This document shows positions 1 through 12,022 of a DNA stretch of 64,000 nucleotides, in pieces; the stretch's first letter is position 1, and every line of letters starts with the position of its first letter. The translations under genes and the position numbers were made by a program. Source of the stretch: Octopus sinensis (Eukaryota); the NCBI RefSeq assembly GCF_006345805.1, contig NC_043002.1, positions 68,324,001 through 68,388,000 on the forward strand, read 5' to 3'. Under the pieces are notes generated by a model. That model worked only from the letters and a program-made list of their open reading frames with translations. It did not search any database and was not told the DNA's origin.

Positions 1-49
1 TTTGGCTAAAATATCAGTTATAGTAATAATAATAATATCAATAACATCA

Positions 50-512
50 AAGTGGAGTGCTAAGAGCACCATCCGAGCGTGATTGTCGCCAGGGCCGCTG
101 ACTAACCCCTGCCCCGTGCCAGTAGCATGTAAAAAGCACCATTCAAGCGTGATCATTACCAGTGTTGCCTTACTGGCACTTGTGCTGGTGGTACATGAAA
201 AACAACATTTGAGCGAGGGCGTTGCTGGTGTTGCTGGACTGGCTCCTGTGCAGGTGATACATAAAAACACCATTTGAGTGTAGCCGTTGCCAGTACCGCC
301 TGACTGGCCCTCATGCTGGTGACACATAAAAGCACCTACTATGCTCTCGGAGTGGTTGGCATTAGGAAGGGCATCCAGCTGTATTAACTCTGCCAGATCA
401 GATTGGAGCCTGTTGCAGCCATCTGGCTCACCAGTTCCCAGTCAAACCATCCAACCCATGCCAGCATGGAAAGTGGACGTTAAACAATGATGATGATGAT
501 GATGATGATGAT
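50..512 (+). mobile_element. SINE-like family 3 (GGAAGGGCATCCAGCTGT...CCATGCCAGCATGG...(GAT)n tail) with internal tandem units of about 66 bp
   Basis: Copies at about 12232-12450, 14855-15100, 25590-25800, 44150-44300, 44335-44530, 46715-46850 and 48930-49100. Confidence 0.8.
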
Positions 513-892
513 TAATCCTTTCTACTATAGGAACAAGGACTAAAATTTAGGAGGAGGTGGCTTGTCAATTACATTGCTAACGATTCTGCCATCTTGCCTC
601 ATAAGTTAAGCAATATATTGCTTTCAAATTTTGGTACAAGGCCAGCAATTTCAGGGGAGTAGTTTAGTCAATTACATCAACCTCAGTGATCAACTGGTAC
701 TTATTGTATCAACCCTGAAAGGATGAAAGGTAAAGTCGACCTTGATAGAATTTGAACTCAGAATCTAAGGATGGATGAAATGCCATTAGGCATTTTTGCT
801 CAGGATGCTAAAGATGGTTGCCTTTTAGTTAAGCAAAATATTGATTAAAAGAAAGAAAGAAACATTACAAATAACCAATAAACATGTCTTAC

Positions 893-941
893 TGTATTAT
901 CAGCATGGTGTTGTATTTGGAATGGTTTTTTATAAGCAAAA
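893..941 (-). CDS. JMJD8: JMJD8-like exon 3: FAYKKPFQIQHHADNT
   Basis: TTTTTCAG acceptor, GTAAG donor; aligns by eye to recalled JMJD8 YAFVRPVILQGLTDNS; gene continues left of position 1. Confidence 0.78.
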
Positions 942-1267
942 CTGAAAAAGAAAAAGAAATTTCACTATTATGTAAATAACCACAAAACAACACTAATTGC
1001 AAAATAAAACAAAACAAAAAAAATGGTATTTATTTAATATCTCTTAAATAATTAGGTGCTATACTACACATCAGACATACCGTTGAAATTGCTAACACGT
1101 CAGTGCTCTGGCAACTAACGGAAGACAACTTATATCAACAACTTGCTGGAGGATACTAGTATGGAAGGGGTATAGGAGCTGAGGACCATTATGGAAGATC
1201 GAGATGAATGGGGAAAACATGTGGAAACAGGGGCATCCTGTGGGACAACCGAGAGAGAGAGATATAG

Positions 1268-1590
1268 GAGGAGACCCCCTTTAGTCATGAATGACCATGG
1301 GATTGCATCTAGAAAGTTACCCTCCGAGTCACAAGTCTGGGCAAGATTGTTTGTGGAAGGCTAGCAGTCGCCCATGTATACCAGCCTCCCCTCTCCACAC
1401 CATTGATGTTATCCAAGGGAAAGGCAAAGGCTAATACAGCTTGGCACCAGTGATGTCGCAACTCATTTCTACAGATGAGTTAACTGGAGCAACGTGAAAT
1501 AAAGTGTTTTGCTCAAGAACACACCACACAGCCCAGTCCGGGAATCAAACTCAGAACTATGCTCTAACCACTAAGCCATGTGCCTTCACA
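1268..1590 (-). mobile_element. SINE family 4 (tRNA-like head, GTGTTCTTGAGCAA..CACTTT box); second copy at about 13112-13445 (+)
   Basis: Two diverged copies in opposite orientation; a related head occurs at about 12100-12220. Confidence 0.75.
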
Positions 1591-1814
1591 GAGAGATAGA
1601 TATACTATAAACCAAAAATCCATTTGTACTATGATTTGAAACTGCACACTGTGTCATACCTTTTAGTAGAGCAAGGCTCTACTAAAATAACCATGTCCTT
1701 TTATTATTCATGATTCTTCCTTTAATTGAAAAGGAATGAGTTTTCATCTTGTTTGTAAAAATTTTCATTATTAACCATATGAAGAAGAGAATTTTAAAGT
1801 CTCTGATACCTATA

Positions 1815-2032
1815 ACCCTTTAGCATTCATATTACTGTCAGATGTAAAGCTTATTTATTGACATTGTTCTAAATTAATAATGAATTAATCTCATAGATCT
1901 GAGATTTCAATGATGTAACTGGATTTTTGAATGGCATTGTAGGGTAGGTGTGAGAGGCAAGATCAAGCCAGTTCGAACATAAAAAAAGGTAGAATATTTT
2001 GGCCAGATATGGCCAGTTTAAATGCTAAACGG
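1815..2032. mobile_element. piggyBac-like MITE family P2; other copies at about 47632-47812 and 56860-57055
   Basis: AACCCTTTAGCATT...AATGCTAAA(C/G)GG termini; shared internal GGGTAGGTGTG...AACATAAAA...GATATGGCCAGTTTAAATGC. Confidence 0.7.
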
Positions 2033-2591
2033 ATAAATTGTGCATGTGGGCACAGAAACATTCTTTTTTTATATACAAAGAGACTAAGCTGCAGGAAAAT
2101 AAGAATGTGGCACATGTGAACCTAAGACTCCATTCTTTGGCTAAAATATTAGTTATAGTAATAATAACAATCCTTTCTTCTATAGGAACAAGAATTAAAA
2201 TTTAGGAGGAAGAGGTGGTAGCTAGTTGATTACATTGACCATGATATTCAACTGGTGTTTATTTCATCAAACCCCAAATGATGAAAGACAAAGGTGACCT
2301 CGGTGGAATTTGAACTCAGAACATAAAGACATATTAAATGCCACTAAGCATTTTGACTGGCATGCTAATGATTCTGTTAGGTTGCCGCCTTAGCAGCAAC
2401 AACAACAAAATGGCCAGTGCATTCTCTATATCAGCCTAAAATAGAAATATCCAAATATCACAAGCGTAGGATATCAACTCAATGAATTTGGCTTATGATA
2501 CAAGAAGAGGAAAAGAAAGAAAAAATAAACAGAAATGGCAGTGTATTAGCAATAGTTTGAATTAAAATGAATAATGAGAAAGAAAACTTAC

Positions 2592-2684
2592 TAGGTTAAA
2601 AAGTTGTGCTGCGTTAATGAGTTGTTTATGATGTCAATGTTACATGGTCCAGGCTGGACAAGAATGGAAGCTGGATCTGTATAC
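2592..2684 (-). CDS. JMJD8: JMJD8-like exon 2: YTDPASILVQPGPCNIDIINNSLTQHNFLT(Y)
   Basis: CTAG acceptor, GTAAG donor, phase 2/2; resembles the recalled JMJD8 segment C-x-V...LT-x-x-EF. Confidence 0.78.
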
Positions 2685-3142
2685 CTAGATATACCATCAT
2701 CGCAAAAAAATTTTTAAATCAATAAATCAAGCAGGTTACTTAAAATGGTTAATCATATTCAAACGGCAAAGAATTATTCTGCACTGAAGTTGAAATAACT
2801 AAAATATTAATCAAAATGTAATGAACTTTCCAATGATGTTTCCATTATATATCTGGAGATTATATCTATTTACTGAACACTATAAACTGCCTGTAGACAA
2901 GTTATCGTGTTCAGAAAATAATCTTGCTTTAAATACATTGCTTGTCATTTCAATTTCACTACCTGGTAATTTCATTGTGAGATCAAGGCATCATGAACCA
3001 ATATATAACCAATAAACTCAGTAAAATGCCAAATACATTATCAGTAAATCCATTATCATGGGCTTTATCTGGAGAGTAAATACATCACAAAATATTGCAT
3101 TTCATTAACAAACAAAAGAAACTCAAAGACAAAATTTATTGA

Positions 3143-3330
3143 TAGGAGTGGCTATGTGGTAAGTAGCTTGCTTACCAACCACATGGTTCCGGGTTCATTC
3201 CCACTGCGTGGCACCTTGGGCAAGTGTCTTCTACTATAGCCTCGGGCCGACCAAAGCCTTGTGAGTGGATTTGGTAGACAGAAACTGAAAGAATTCCATC
3301 GTATATATGTATGTGTGTGTGTATATATAC

Positions 3331-3368
<38 letters not shown>

Positions 3369-3580
3369 TTGTGTACCTGTGTTTGTCCCCCAACATCACT
3401 TTATAACCGATGGTGGTGTGTTTATGTCCCCGTAACTTAGAGGTTCGACAAAAGAGACCGATAGAATAAGTACTAGGCTTCCAAAGAATAAGTCCTAGGA
3501 TCGATTTGCTCGACTAAAGGCAGTGCTCCAGCATGGCCACAATCGAATGACTGAAACAAGTAAAAGAGAAAAGAGAAAGA
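3143..3580 (+). mobile_element. SINE family 1 (tRNA-like head, CCTTGGGCAAGT core-like box, internal microsatellite, CR1-like tail); representative copy
   Basis: A/B-box-like TGGCTATGTGGT...GGTTCATTCC; similar copies at about 4808-5090, 5505-5900, 6190-6560, 17075-17515, 47040-47630 and 55326-55680, and older ones at 43350-43630, 49210-49545 and 57765-58075. Confidence 0.88.
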
Positions 3581-3729
3581 GAAATCAATTTATCAATTTA
3601 TACAATTATATGAGATTCATTCCAGAAGTTTTGAGACTTATTTTAGGCATGGCAGTTATAACAGTCATGGATTATAGTAAGTTTAGTTTAACATTAGCAT
3701 ACATCTAATAAGCTGACCTGCCACTTTTT

Positions 3730-4445
3730 TATTTCAGACTGAAGGATACAGCTGTAACAGCTGAAGGAGACTGCACTTTGGTCACACTCTACTGAACACT
3801 TCTTGTCACAGCTGACTAGTATGCAAGCAGCAGTTAGGAAGCGAAGACAATTTGGAAGCTCACTAGGTGACTAAGTTTTGTGTTAAACTGGACAAAAATG
3901 CTACAGAAACATATGAAATGCTCCAGACTGGTCGTGGATTAAATTGTATGAACCAAGCATGTTTTTTGCTATTACAAGAGGTTCAGGGACAATAGAGAGG
4001 AAGTGAGAAATGACGAGAAATGTGGAGGAGTGACAGATATCAAAACATCAGAACTGGTTGAGAAAATTTACAATTCTCTAGATGAAGACTGTCAATAAAA
4101 GCAATAAGCATTCAACAACATATGTAAACAACTTTTTATTATTATTTTTTAGAAGCATCGAATGTGTACCATATAGACAAGAAGGTAATATTTCAAATGC
4201 AGTATAGCCACAAGAACAGCAGAAAATTGGGTATTATTATCCTTACAAGACAGAAAAAAGTTGTCAACAGATAACCATGGCTGTCTGTTGACAACTTTTT
4301 CCATCTTATAAAGGTAATAATACCTGATTCTTCTGCTGTTGTCGTGGTTATACTGTATTCAAAATATTACCTTCTTGTCAATAAGCATACAGATTGAAGT
4401 TGGTGTGGCACCTGTACACAGAATTAGTTATGAAAATCTGAACAC
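3730..4445 (+). mobile_element. Degenerate mariner transposase 5' remnant interrupted by a palindromic insert
   Basis: FCVKLDKNATETYEMLQT at about 3877-3930; homology resumes after 4380. Boundaries approximate. Confidence 0.6.
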
Positions 4446-6364
4446 TCTTCCTAACAAATTTAAGTCATTGTGTCAAGGTAAGTGGTCAATGATTATAATT
4501 ATAATCAATAGTGGTTATGAGATATGATAATGTACAAATGATAGCTGATGTACGTGCCATGCCAATCAGGAGACAAATAACAGGGTCCATGTAAGATTTT
4601 ATTGTTAAAATCTATGTGCAATAAAATGGTTATATTTCTACAAAACACAAAATATTTTAATTTTTCTTATATAATTCCTAATAATATTTAATTATAAAAA
4701 TACAGTAAGACTTTTTTTGACATATAAATGATACATTGAAAGGCTTTGGAGGTCTAATAAAGTAAAACAGGATCAAAGAGGTCCACTGGAAAAAAAATGG
4801 TTGAGGTGCAGGAGTGGCTTACCAACCACATGGTTCCGGGTTCAGTCCCACTACGTGGCACCTTGGGCAAGTGTCTTCTACTATAGCCTCGGGCCAACCA
4901 AAGCCTTGTGAGTGGATTTGGTAGACAGAAACTGAAAGAAGCCCATCATATATATGTATATGTGTGTGTGTGTTTGTGTGTGTGTTTGTGTGTCTGTGTT
5001 TGTCCCCCCAACATCGCTTGACAAACGGCTAAAGGTGATGCTCCAGCATGGCCGAAATCAAGTGACTGAAACCAGTAAAAGAATAAAAGAATTCTATTGG
5101 TTTATTCTGCTGAACCATTAGGAGATAGGGACATAAACAAACGAACATTGGTTGTCGTGCAATGACTGAAACAAGTAAAGAGAGGAACCACTGCATCAGA
5201 TGAAAATCTCAAACTATTGAAATCCCCAGGACATGGTTGTGTGGGAAGAAGTTTGCTTCCTAACTACACAGTTTCAGGTTCAGTCCTACTGCAGCAGGCA
5301 CCTTGGGCAAGTGTCTACTACTATAGCTCCTGGCTAACCAAAGCCTTGTAAGTGGTCTTGATAGACAGAAACTGAAAGAAGCCCATCTTATATATATATA
5401 TGTGCGTGTGTCTTTGTGTTTGTATCAACCTACTGCAAGACAACCAGTGTTCGTTTGTTTATGTCCCTATAAGCTAATGGTTCAGCAGAATAAACCAATA
5501 GAATTCTTTTACTGGTTTCAGTCACTTGATTTTGGCCATGCTGGAGCATCACCTTTAGTCGAGCAAATTGACCCCAGGACTTATTCTTTGTAAGCCTAGT
5601 ACTTATTCTATTGGTCTCTTTTGCTGAACTGCTAAGTTACAGGGACGTAAACTTACCAGCATCGGTTGTCAAGCAATGTTTGGGAACAAACACAAACATA
5701 TACACACAAATACTCACATACATATATATATACATATACGACTGGCTTCTATCAGTTTCCATCTACCAAATCCACTCACAAAGTTTTGGTCGGCCCAAGC
5801 CTATAGTAGAAGATACTTGCCCAAGGTGCTAGGCAGTAGGACTGAACCTGGAACTATGTGGTTGGTAAGCAAGCTACTTACCACACAGCCACTCCTGCAC
5901 CTTTTTTCCTTTTTTTACTAAAACCCTTCAAGACAGTGTGCCAGCATGGCCACAGTCCAATGACTGAAATGAATAAAAGATAAATGAACTAGTCATAGTT
6001 TTTCTTTTATTATTTGTTTGATGCCATAACTATTGTTTCAGCAGAGTTTTGAAAAATGACAAAGAATTCTATTAATAAAAAAATACAATAACATTACCAT
6101 TTGTTTATTATGGGATGGGAGGGTGCACAATGAGGAGTCTTTACTGCATTTTTTAACTTTGAGAGAAGATATATTTTTTGCTAATACTCTTTGACTTGTT
6201 TCAGTCATTTGACTGTGGCCATGCTGGAGCACCACCTTTAGTCGAGCAAATTGACCCCCAGGACTTATCCTATCGGTCTCTTTTGCCGAACTGCTAAGTT
6301 ACAGGGATGTAAACACACCAGCATTGGTTGTCAAGCGATGCTGGGGGGACAAATAGACACACAA

Positions 6365-6397
<33 letters not shown>

Positions 6398-7616
6398 CAA
6401 CAGGCTTCTTACAGTTTCCGTCTACCAAATCCACTCACAAGGCTTTGGTTGGCCCGAGGCTATAGTAGAAAACACTTGCCCAAGGTGCCATGCAGTGGGA
6501 CTGAACCCGGGACCATGTGGTTGGTAAGCAAGCTACTTTCCACACAGCAACTCCTGCGCCTAATGTTCACAACCTAATAAAAACTATACCAGCTAAGCAA
6601 ATGATCTATTCTAAATACTTTAAAAACATTATAATACAATCTGAACAGTATTTCAGAACATGTTCTTTTTGAGAATATAAAAGATAAATTTAGCTGGGGA
6701 AAAAAGAATCAGTCAACATAAGATTAATTTACCCCTTCAATTCTCCAGAATTACATTTGAAAACAGACTCATATATATCAATACCCATCCTTAGACATTA
6801 AAAGTGCAACTACAATTTTAAATATCTATGTCAAATGAAAGAGTACCATGGAAAGATGGTACATGATATAGAATCAATGAAACTTGACTAAACAGAAAAA
6901 TTTCAACCTAAGATATCTATATAGCTTCTTCACGGTCTGATGGATGACTCTCTTCCCAAGATATTTATGCACCAAGTAGTTAAAGGGAAGAAATTATTGA
7001 AATTAGTCATGCTTCATTTTAGCCTATTTTACAGATAATTTTTTGAAACATCGAAATTATTAAATTAAAAATTAGTGGGGGGGGGGAAACTGACTTGGAA
7101 TCAAACAGAGAAAAGAATATTGATTTTTAAACATGAAAAATTATTTAGTTATTTTATTAGCAACCTTGATTATAATTGGGTCAAAGTTAAGGAAGTATTT
7201 TTTGGAAAAAAAAGTACCTGTAACCTATGACTCAAACTCTCTCTCAATTTCAGCAACAACTATGCTGACCGATTTTTACTCCTAAAGATGATGCAATACT
7301 TGCAATGTAACGATATGCAACATGTAGGAAGGAAATAACGAGAAATCAAATATTACTCATTTTATCCCGGTTACAAATTTTGTCCTCCCACCATCCTTTC
7401 CAAAATAAGACTTCACAGAAATGTATTTTATTTCATTTGATTTCTCAAAAAGAGTTTATGTAACATTTTTAGAATGAAAAATATCGATAAACTTTAAGAT
7501 TATTAAAGGAAGATAAAATGAACATTTTATATCTTTCTTCTCTATTTATCTATCTATCTATACACACGCGGACGCACACACACTCGTGTGTTGTGAGGTA
7601 AACACGCTATGCATTA

Positions 7617-8110
7617 CAGTAGGGATTCTCCACTGGGATCCATATAAGAGCTTGTGAGGTCCACGCAACAAAATAGTTTATTGGAGATTCACAATAGTAT
7701 TTTAAGGGCTCCTAAAAAAAACTTTTGCTTTAGATGCATATATTTGTATGCATTGTAAGAAACAGCTGTTTCTTACTTTAACATTTTACATAGTTCAACC
7801 TACACAAGATGGACGAATGTAAAGAATACGCACACCACCCGTTTTCAGCGGTTAGGGTTACGCCGATTAGGATTAGGGTGTGCATATTCTTTACCTCCGC
7901 CCACAAGTTAATGTGTGAAAGACAAAATACGAAATTTTACAATAGGACAAAATTTATATTATTTGCTCTTAACCGAAGCAAGGCTCTATAACCGCACTAC
8001 CTCCTGGTAAAAAAAAAATGTGAATGGACATCGAATGGCTAGAGGGCAGGGTCCACCAGGATAAAATAGTAGTTAAAGGATATAGATAAAAATTGGTTGA
8101 GAACCCATGA
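7617..8110. mobile_element. hAT-like MITE; related partial copy at about 4580-4806
   Basis: Degenerate CAG..GATTCTC / GTTGAGAACCC termini and repeated GGGTCCA subterminal motifs. Confidence 0.55.
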
Positions 8111-8729
8111 GTTACAGTATTGTGTGCGTACGTGTATGTGAATGTGTCTACGTGACAATCTGACAGATCCAGTAATGATTATTACATTAAATTTTTTATT
8201 GATTTTCGTTCGAAACGAGCTTTACAGCAACGTCATAACTACACGAAACCCTATTAAACACTTCAATTCTTTAGTTATTATAATTCATATATTAAAACAT
8301 ATAAATTACAGAATTATCATTTCGTTACATCACATAATTATTGCGTTTTACATTAGCATTCTTTAAAAAAAATGCATATTGAAAACAATTGCAGCGTGGA
8401 AACCGTTAAATTCACTTCAACATTTAAATTTAATTTGTCAAAATATTTTCGTCGCTTTGAGACCGCGACCTGTTCATTGACGAAATTCCTTGCTGCATAT
8501 TGAAAATAGAAGCTTAAAGAGAATTAAGATATGGTTATCGAATGAAAGCCGGTTAAAATACAAGATTGATTTTAACATTATTGCAGACTTTAATTATTTA
8601 AATAGTCAACTAATGTAGAATGAATCAGGTATATTTCACACAAAAATAAATTAAAATATAGAAAAATCCCTTTAGGAATTTAATAAAATTCAGTTGGCAC
8701 TGAAAAGGAAAATTGGAAATTGAAGTATA

Positions 8730-9141
8730 GGGTATATCTACACAAGTGTACTCCCCAACTTTCTTCCTCATAACTTTCAGATAATTTTGAATTGTTTAAT
8801 GAAATTTTCTACCAATACCTTTCAGGTAGTATAGATTACGATGATATTGGAATTTATTAAGAAAAAAAATGTATGTGTGGGCGCGCACGTACATATGGGG
8901 ACATGTCACAACTTTTCTCAAAATTTCAAGGTTTATTTTACAAATATATGTGTATCACTACCTATTTGTGAGCGACTACTCATTCTGATTAAACTTCGAT
9001 ATATTTGGGATCTACCCCCATCTTGAAGGTACTGGTAGAAAATTTTTATTAAAAATTATCTATTTTTCTTCTGTAATTTTACCTTTTTCTTAAAGTTATG
9101 AGGAAACAAGTCAAGTGAGGGCACAATTGTGTAGGTATTCC
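8730..9141. mobile_element. TA-flanked MITE with long imperfect TIRs in JMJD8 intron 1
   Basis: GGGTATATCTACACAA...TTCCTCATAACTTT...TTTTCTACCAATACCTT mirrored by AAGGTACTGGTAGAAAA...AAAGTTATGAGGAA...TTGTGTAGGTATTCC. Confidence 0.65.
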
Positions 9142-9302
9142 TAAAATAAATTATAAACTAAGATTGCTACACTAAAGCTTCGATCAAGCAATTTTCAAAT
9201 GTTACGTGTACATATATATTATTTATATTTAGCAATAAGCGAAGAGATGTTTTATATAAACAGTGAATAAATATATAAACAAAAGTATATTATGTCACCC
9301 AC

Positions 9303-9385
9303 CAGCCACTATTGTCAGAACTGTATATAGATGAGGTTAATAACAATAATAACAATGTGTAAAACAGAGGGTAAATGCTAATCAT
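9303..9385 (-). CDS. JMJD8: JMJD8-like exon 1: signal peptide MISIYPLFYTLLLLLLTSSIYSSDNSG(W)
   Basis: ATG at 9385, hydrophobic leader, then DNSGW like the JMJD8 DGGW; GTGGGT donor in phase 2 joins the 2684 exon. Confidence 0.75.
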
Positions 9386-9620
9386 TTTTGTCCAAATGGT
9401 TGACTGATATAATATTTTAAAAATTAAATGGTTTCTTGTAGAAAAAGAATAGCTTCTTGTTTGTAAAACGACATTCGCACAAGTGTAGCCGACACGAGGA
9501 ATTTTCTCAGACACACAAACACACCGTCGATTCGTATAAATTATTTACAAACAAATCTGAAATAGTTCAACTTTACAGTTAATATATATTACGAATAAAT
9601 TTTTATTCAATTAATTTCTT
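9386..9620 (-). promoter_or_regulatory. Probable 5'UTR/proximal promoter of the JMJD8-like gene
   Basis: Repeat-free sequence directly upstream of the ATG with locally raised CpG; TSS not determinable. Confidence 0.35.
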
Positions 9621-10104
9621 TAGTTTTTAATTCAGTCATCGCAGCATGCATACATACATACATACATACACACATACATACATACATACATGCGTTTGTG
9701 TATATACATTTATACAATCATGCATATATTTACATACGTTTATGTATACAAACATACGCATAAATACCTGCGCGCACACGCACAGAAGTGGTATTTACTG
9801 AAGTAAAATGATATTACGAATGTGATGCTATCCTCGTATCGTGTGTCTAAAAATATTCTTTCTTTTCTTATTTACTTTTTTTCTGTACTTGACTCTTATT
9901 CCATCGTACCATCCAGTTTCCCTTTAATTACTCACGTGCCCTGATGCAGTACAGAATGGCTTTTCTCAGAAATAGCTTTACTAAGAAATGGCTTTTCTAA
10001 CAAACAAATGGGTTTTTTTCTGAGAAATAATGTTCAACAATTTCTGGGAATAATTTTCATTTTCTTCAATTTCTTTTAAAACTGAATCGCTTGTTTACGT
10101 ATTC

Positions 10105-10149
<45 letters not shown>

Positions 10150-10260
10150 CGTACGTGCGTGTGTAAGTATGCGAAAGATCGCCTAAATATATGTATGTGT
10201 TTATGCGCATGTATGTATATTTGCATATGTATGTCTATACACATACACAAATATATGTGC
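10105..10260. repeat. (TG)n and mixed dinucleotide microsatellite
   Basis: Directly visible; a (CATA)n run also lies at about 9648-9690. Confidence 0.9.
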
Positions 10261-11801
10261 ATAATGATAAATGCCTTGGAGCATTTTGTATTCTTTTCCA
10301 CTCTCGGCACAAGGCCCGAAATTTTTGGGGAGGGGGCCAGTCGATTAGATCGAACCTAGTACGTAACTGGTACTTAATTTATCGATCCCGAAAGGATGAA
10401 AAGCAGAGTCAACTGTGACGGAATTTGAACTCAGAACATAAAGACAGACGAAATACCACTAAGCAGTTCGCCCGGCGGACTAACGTTTCTGCCGGCTCGC
10501 TGCCGTATTGGTGTAAAATATGGACTACAGTAAATATTCTGCTCAATACTAGAGATTCGCTTGTCAGTTGCTTGACCCCAAACATCTGAGCTTGTCCCTT
10601 AGTGACTGATATTATGAGCATCTCTGATCACAAGCAGAAATAGTGGGGGAGCATTTTTTGAGTTTGAATGATCCACCCTTGGAAAGGTAGGTGTTTCATT
10701 CATCATCTTTAGACAACCTTTATTCAGGGACCTTTTCTAACAGGGGCCCTGTCTGCAAGGTTTATGTTGATATTAGGGCACCATGTCATGCACATATGGT
10801 CGTGACGCATGATGATGATGATGACGATGACGACGACGATGATGATGATGCAGCGGCTCTCATAGCTTTCGATCTTAATTGATTGGAAGTGTTATGATGT
10901 ACCTTGATTTGTCTTGTGATAAAAGATGGGCTGCAGCAAATATTCTACTCAATACCACAGATTTGCTTGTTTGGCCTTAACCAGCTGAGCATGTCTCTTA
11001 GTGACTGATGATATGTGCTTCTCTGATCACTAATAGAAATAGTGGGGGAGCATCATAGCCATGTGCTGAGAGGAATTCTTTGGGATTTGAATTATTCGCC
11101 TCTGGAAACATGGGTGTTTTGTTCATTATACATAAAACAACCCTTATTCAGGGACCTTTTGAGTGGGATGGGCTATGCATCCTGAAGAAAATTCTAACTG
11201 GACCCCACTTGCAAGGTCATGCACTGTTTATCTTGATATGAGGTCACCATGTCACGCACATATGCTTGCGATGCATGTGCCTGGTGTACCCTCATCAGAC
11301 AAGTAGTCATGATGGGTATATTGGGCTTTATTTATTTGTGTGCCACTGAGGCGGCCCTTCCAATTGCCACCTCCAGACCCCACAAAAAAGCACATATTAC
11401 CTACAGCAGACCCAAAAGTGCCACCCCCTTTAAAAGTGTTGCTTGGGGAGCACCACCCCTACTGCCACCTCCTAGCTACGCTAGTGTGTTGATGATGTAG
11501 CAGATTTATCAATATGTTATACTGAAAACTAGCATTTTAGTGAAATGTATTCCAACTAACCCCTTCTTCCCCAAAAGCATAGGTACCACATTCATTAGTT
11601 TATAACACAAGAAATTGGGTTGGGGTAGCATTGTACTCAAGTGCAAAAAAAAATTGGAAAAATATTGATAAACATAAAATATGGCATTGCCACTCCATTG
11701 GTTATGGTGAGGAAGTTCCAGTTGATCCAATCAATGAAACAACTTGCTCGTGAAATTAACATACAAGAGGCTGAGCACGCCACAGACATGCATACCCTTA
11801 A

Positions 11802-12022
11802 CCCTTTCATTACTATATTTATTTTGTGATGCTCTGTGTTTCTTTTGGTTATTTTAGATTTAACAAAGAATTTATCAAAATAACTTAGTTATCATTCAGC
11901 TAGTGTTAGGGAACATAAATTGTGACTAAGGTTTGGTGGAAGATTTTAATTCAAAACTTATGAAAGCAAGACATTTATACTCAGAGCCAGAGTTGGTTTC
12001 AGCCGGGTTGGTAACGAAAGGG
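11802..12022. mobile_element. piggyBac-type MITE family P1 with TTAA TSD
   Basis: TTAA|CCCTTTCATTAC...GTAACGAAAGGG|TTAA; second copy in the opposite orientation at 36148-36367. Confidence 0.85.

Noticed and set aside
60-340. Repeated units of about 66 bp as a CRISPR-like array
   Set aside because: Whole units are similar with no unique spacers; they are internal tandem repeats of a eukaryotic interspersed element.
3143-3215. tRNA gene
   Set aside because: It is a tRNA-derived SINE head continuing into the SINE body; no complete cloverleaf or terminator. No true tRNA or rRNA gene was recognised in the window.
9386-9514. N-terminal extension of JMJD8 from the ORF track
   Set aside because: It starts at a non-ATG codon and would bury the signal peptide; ATG 9385 is preferred.
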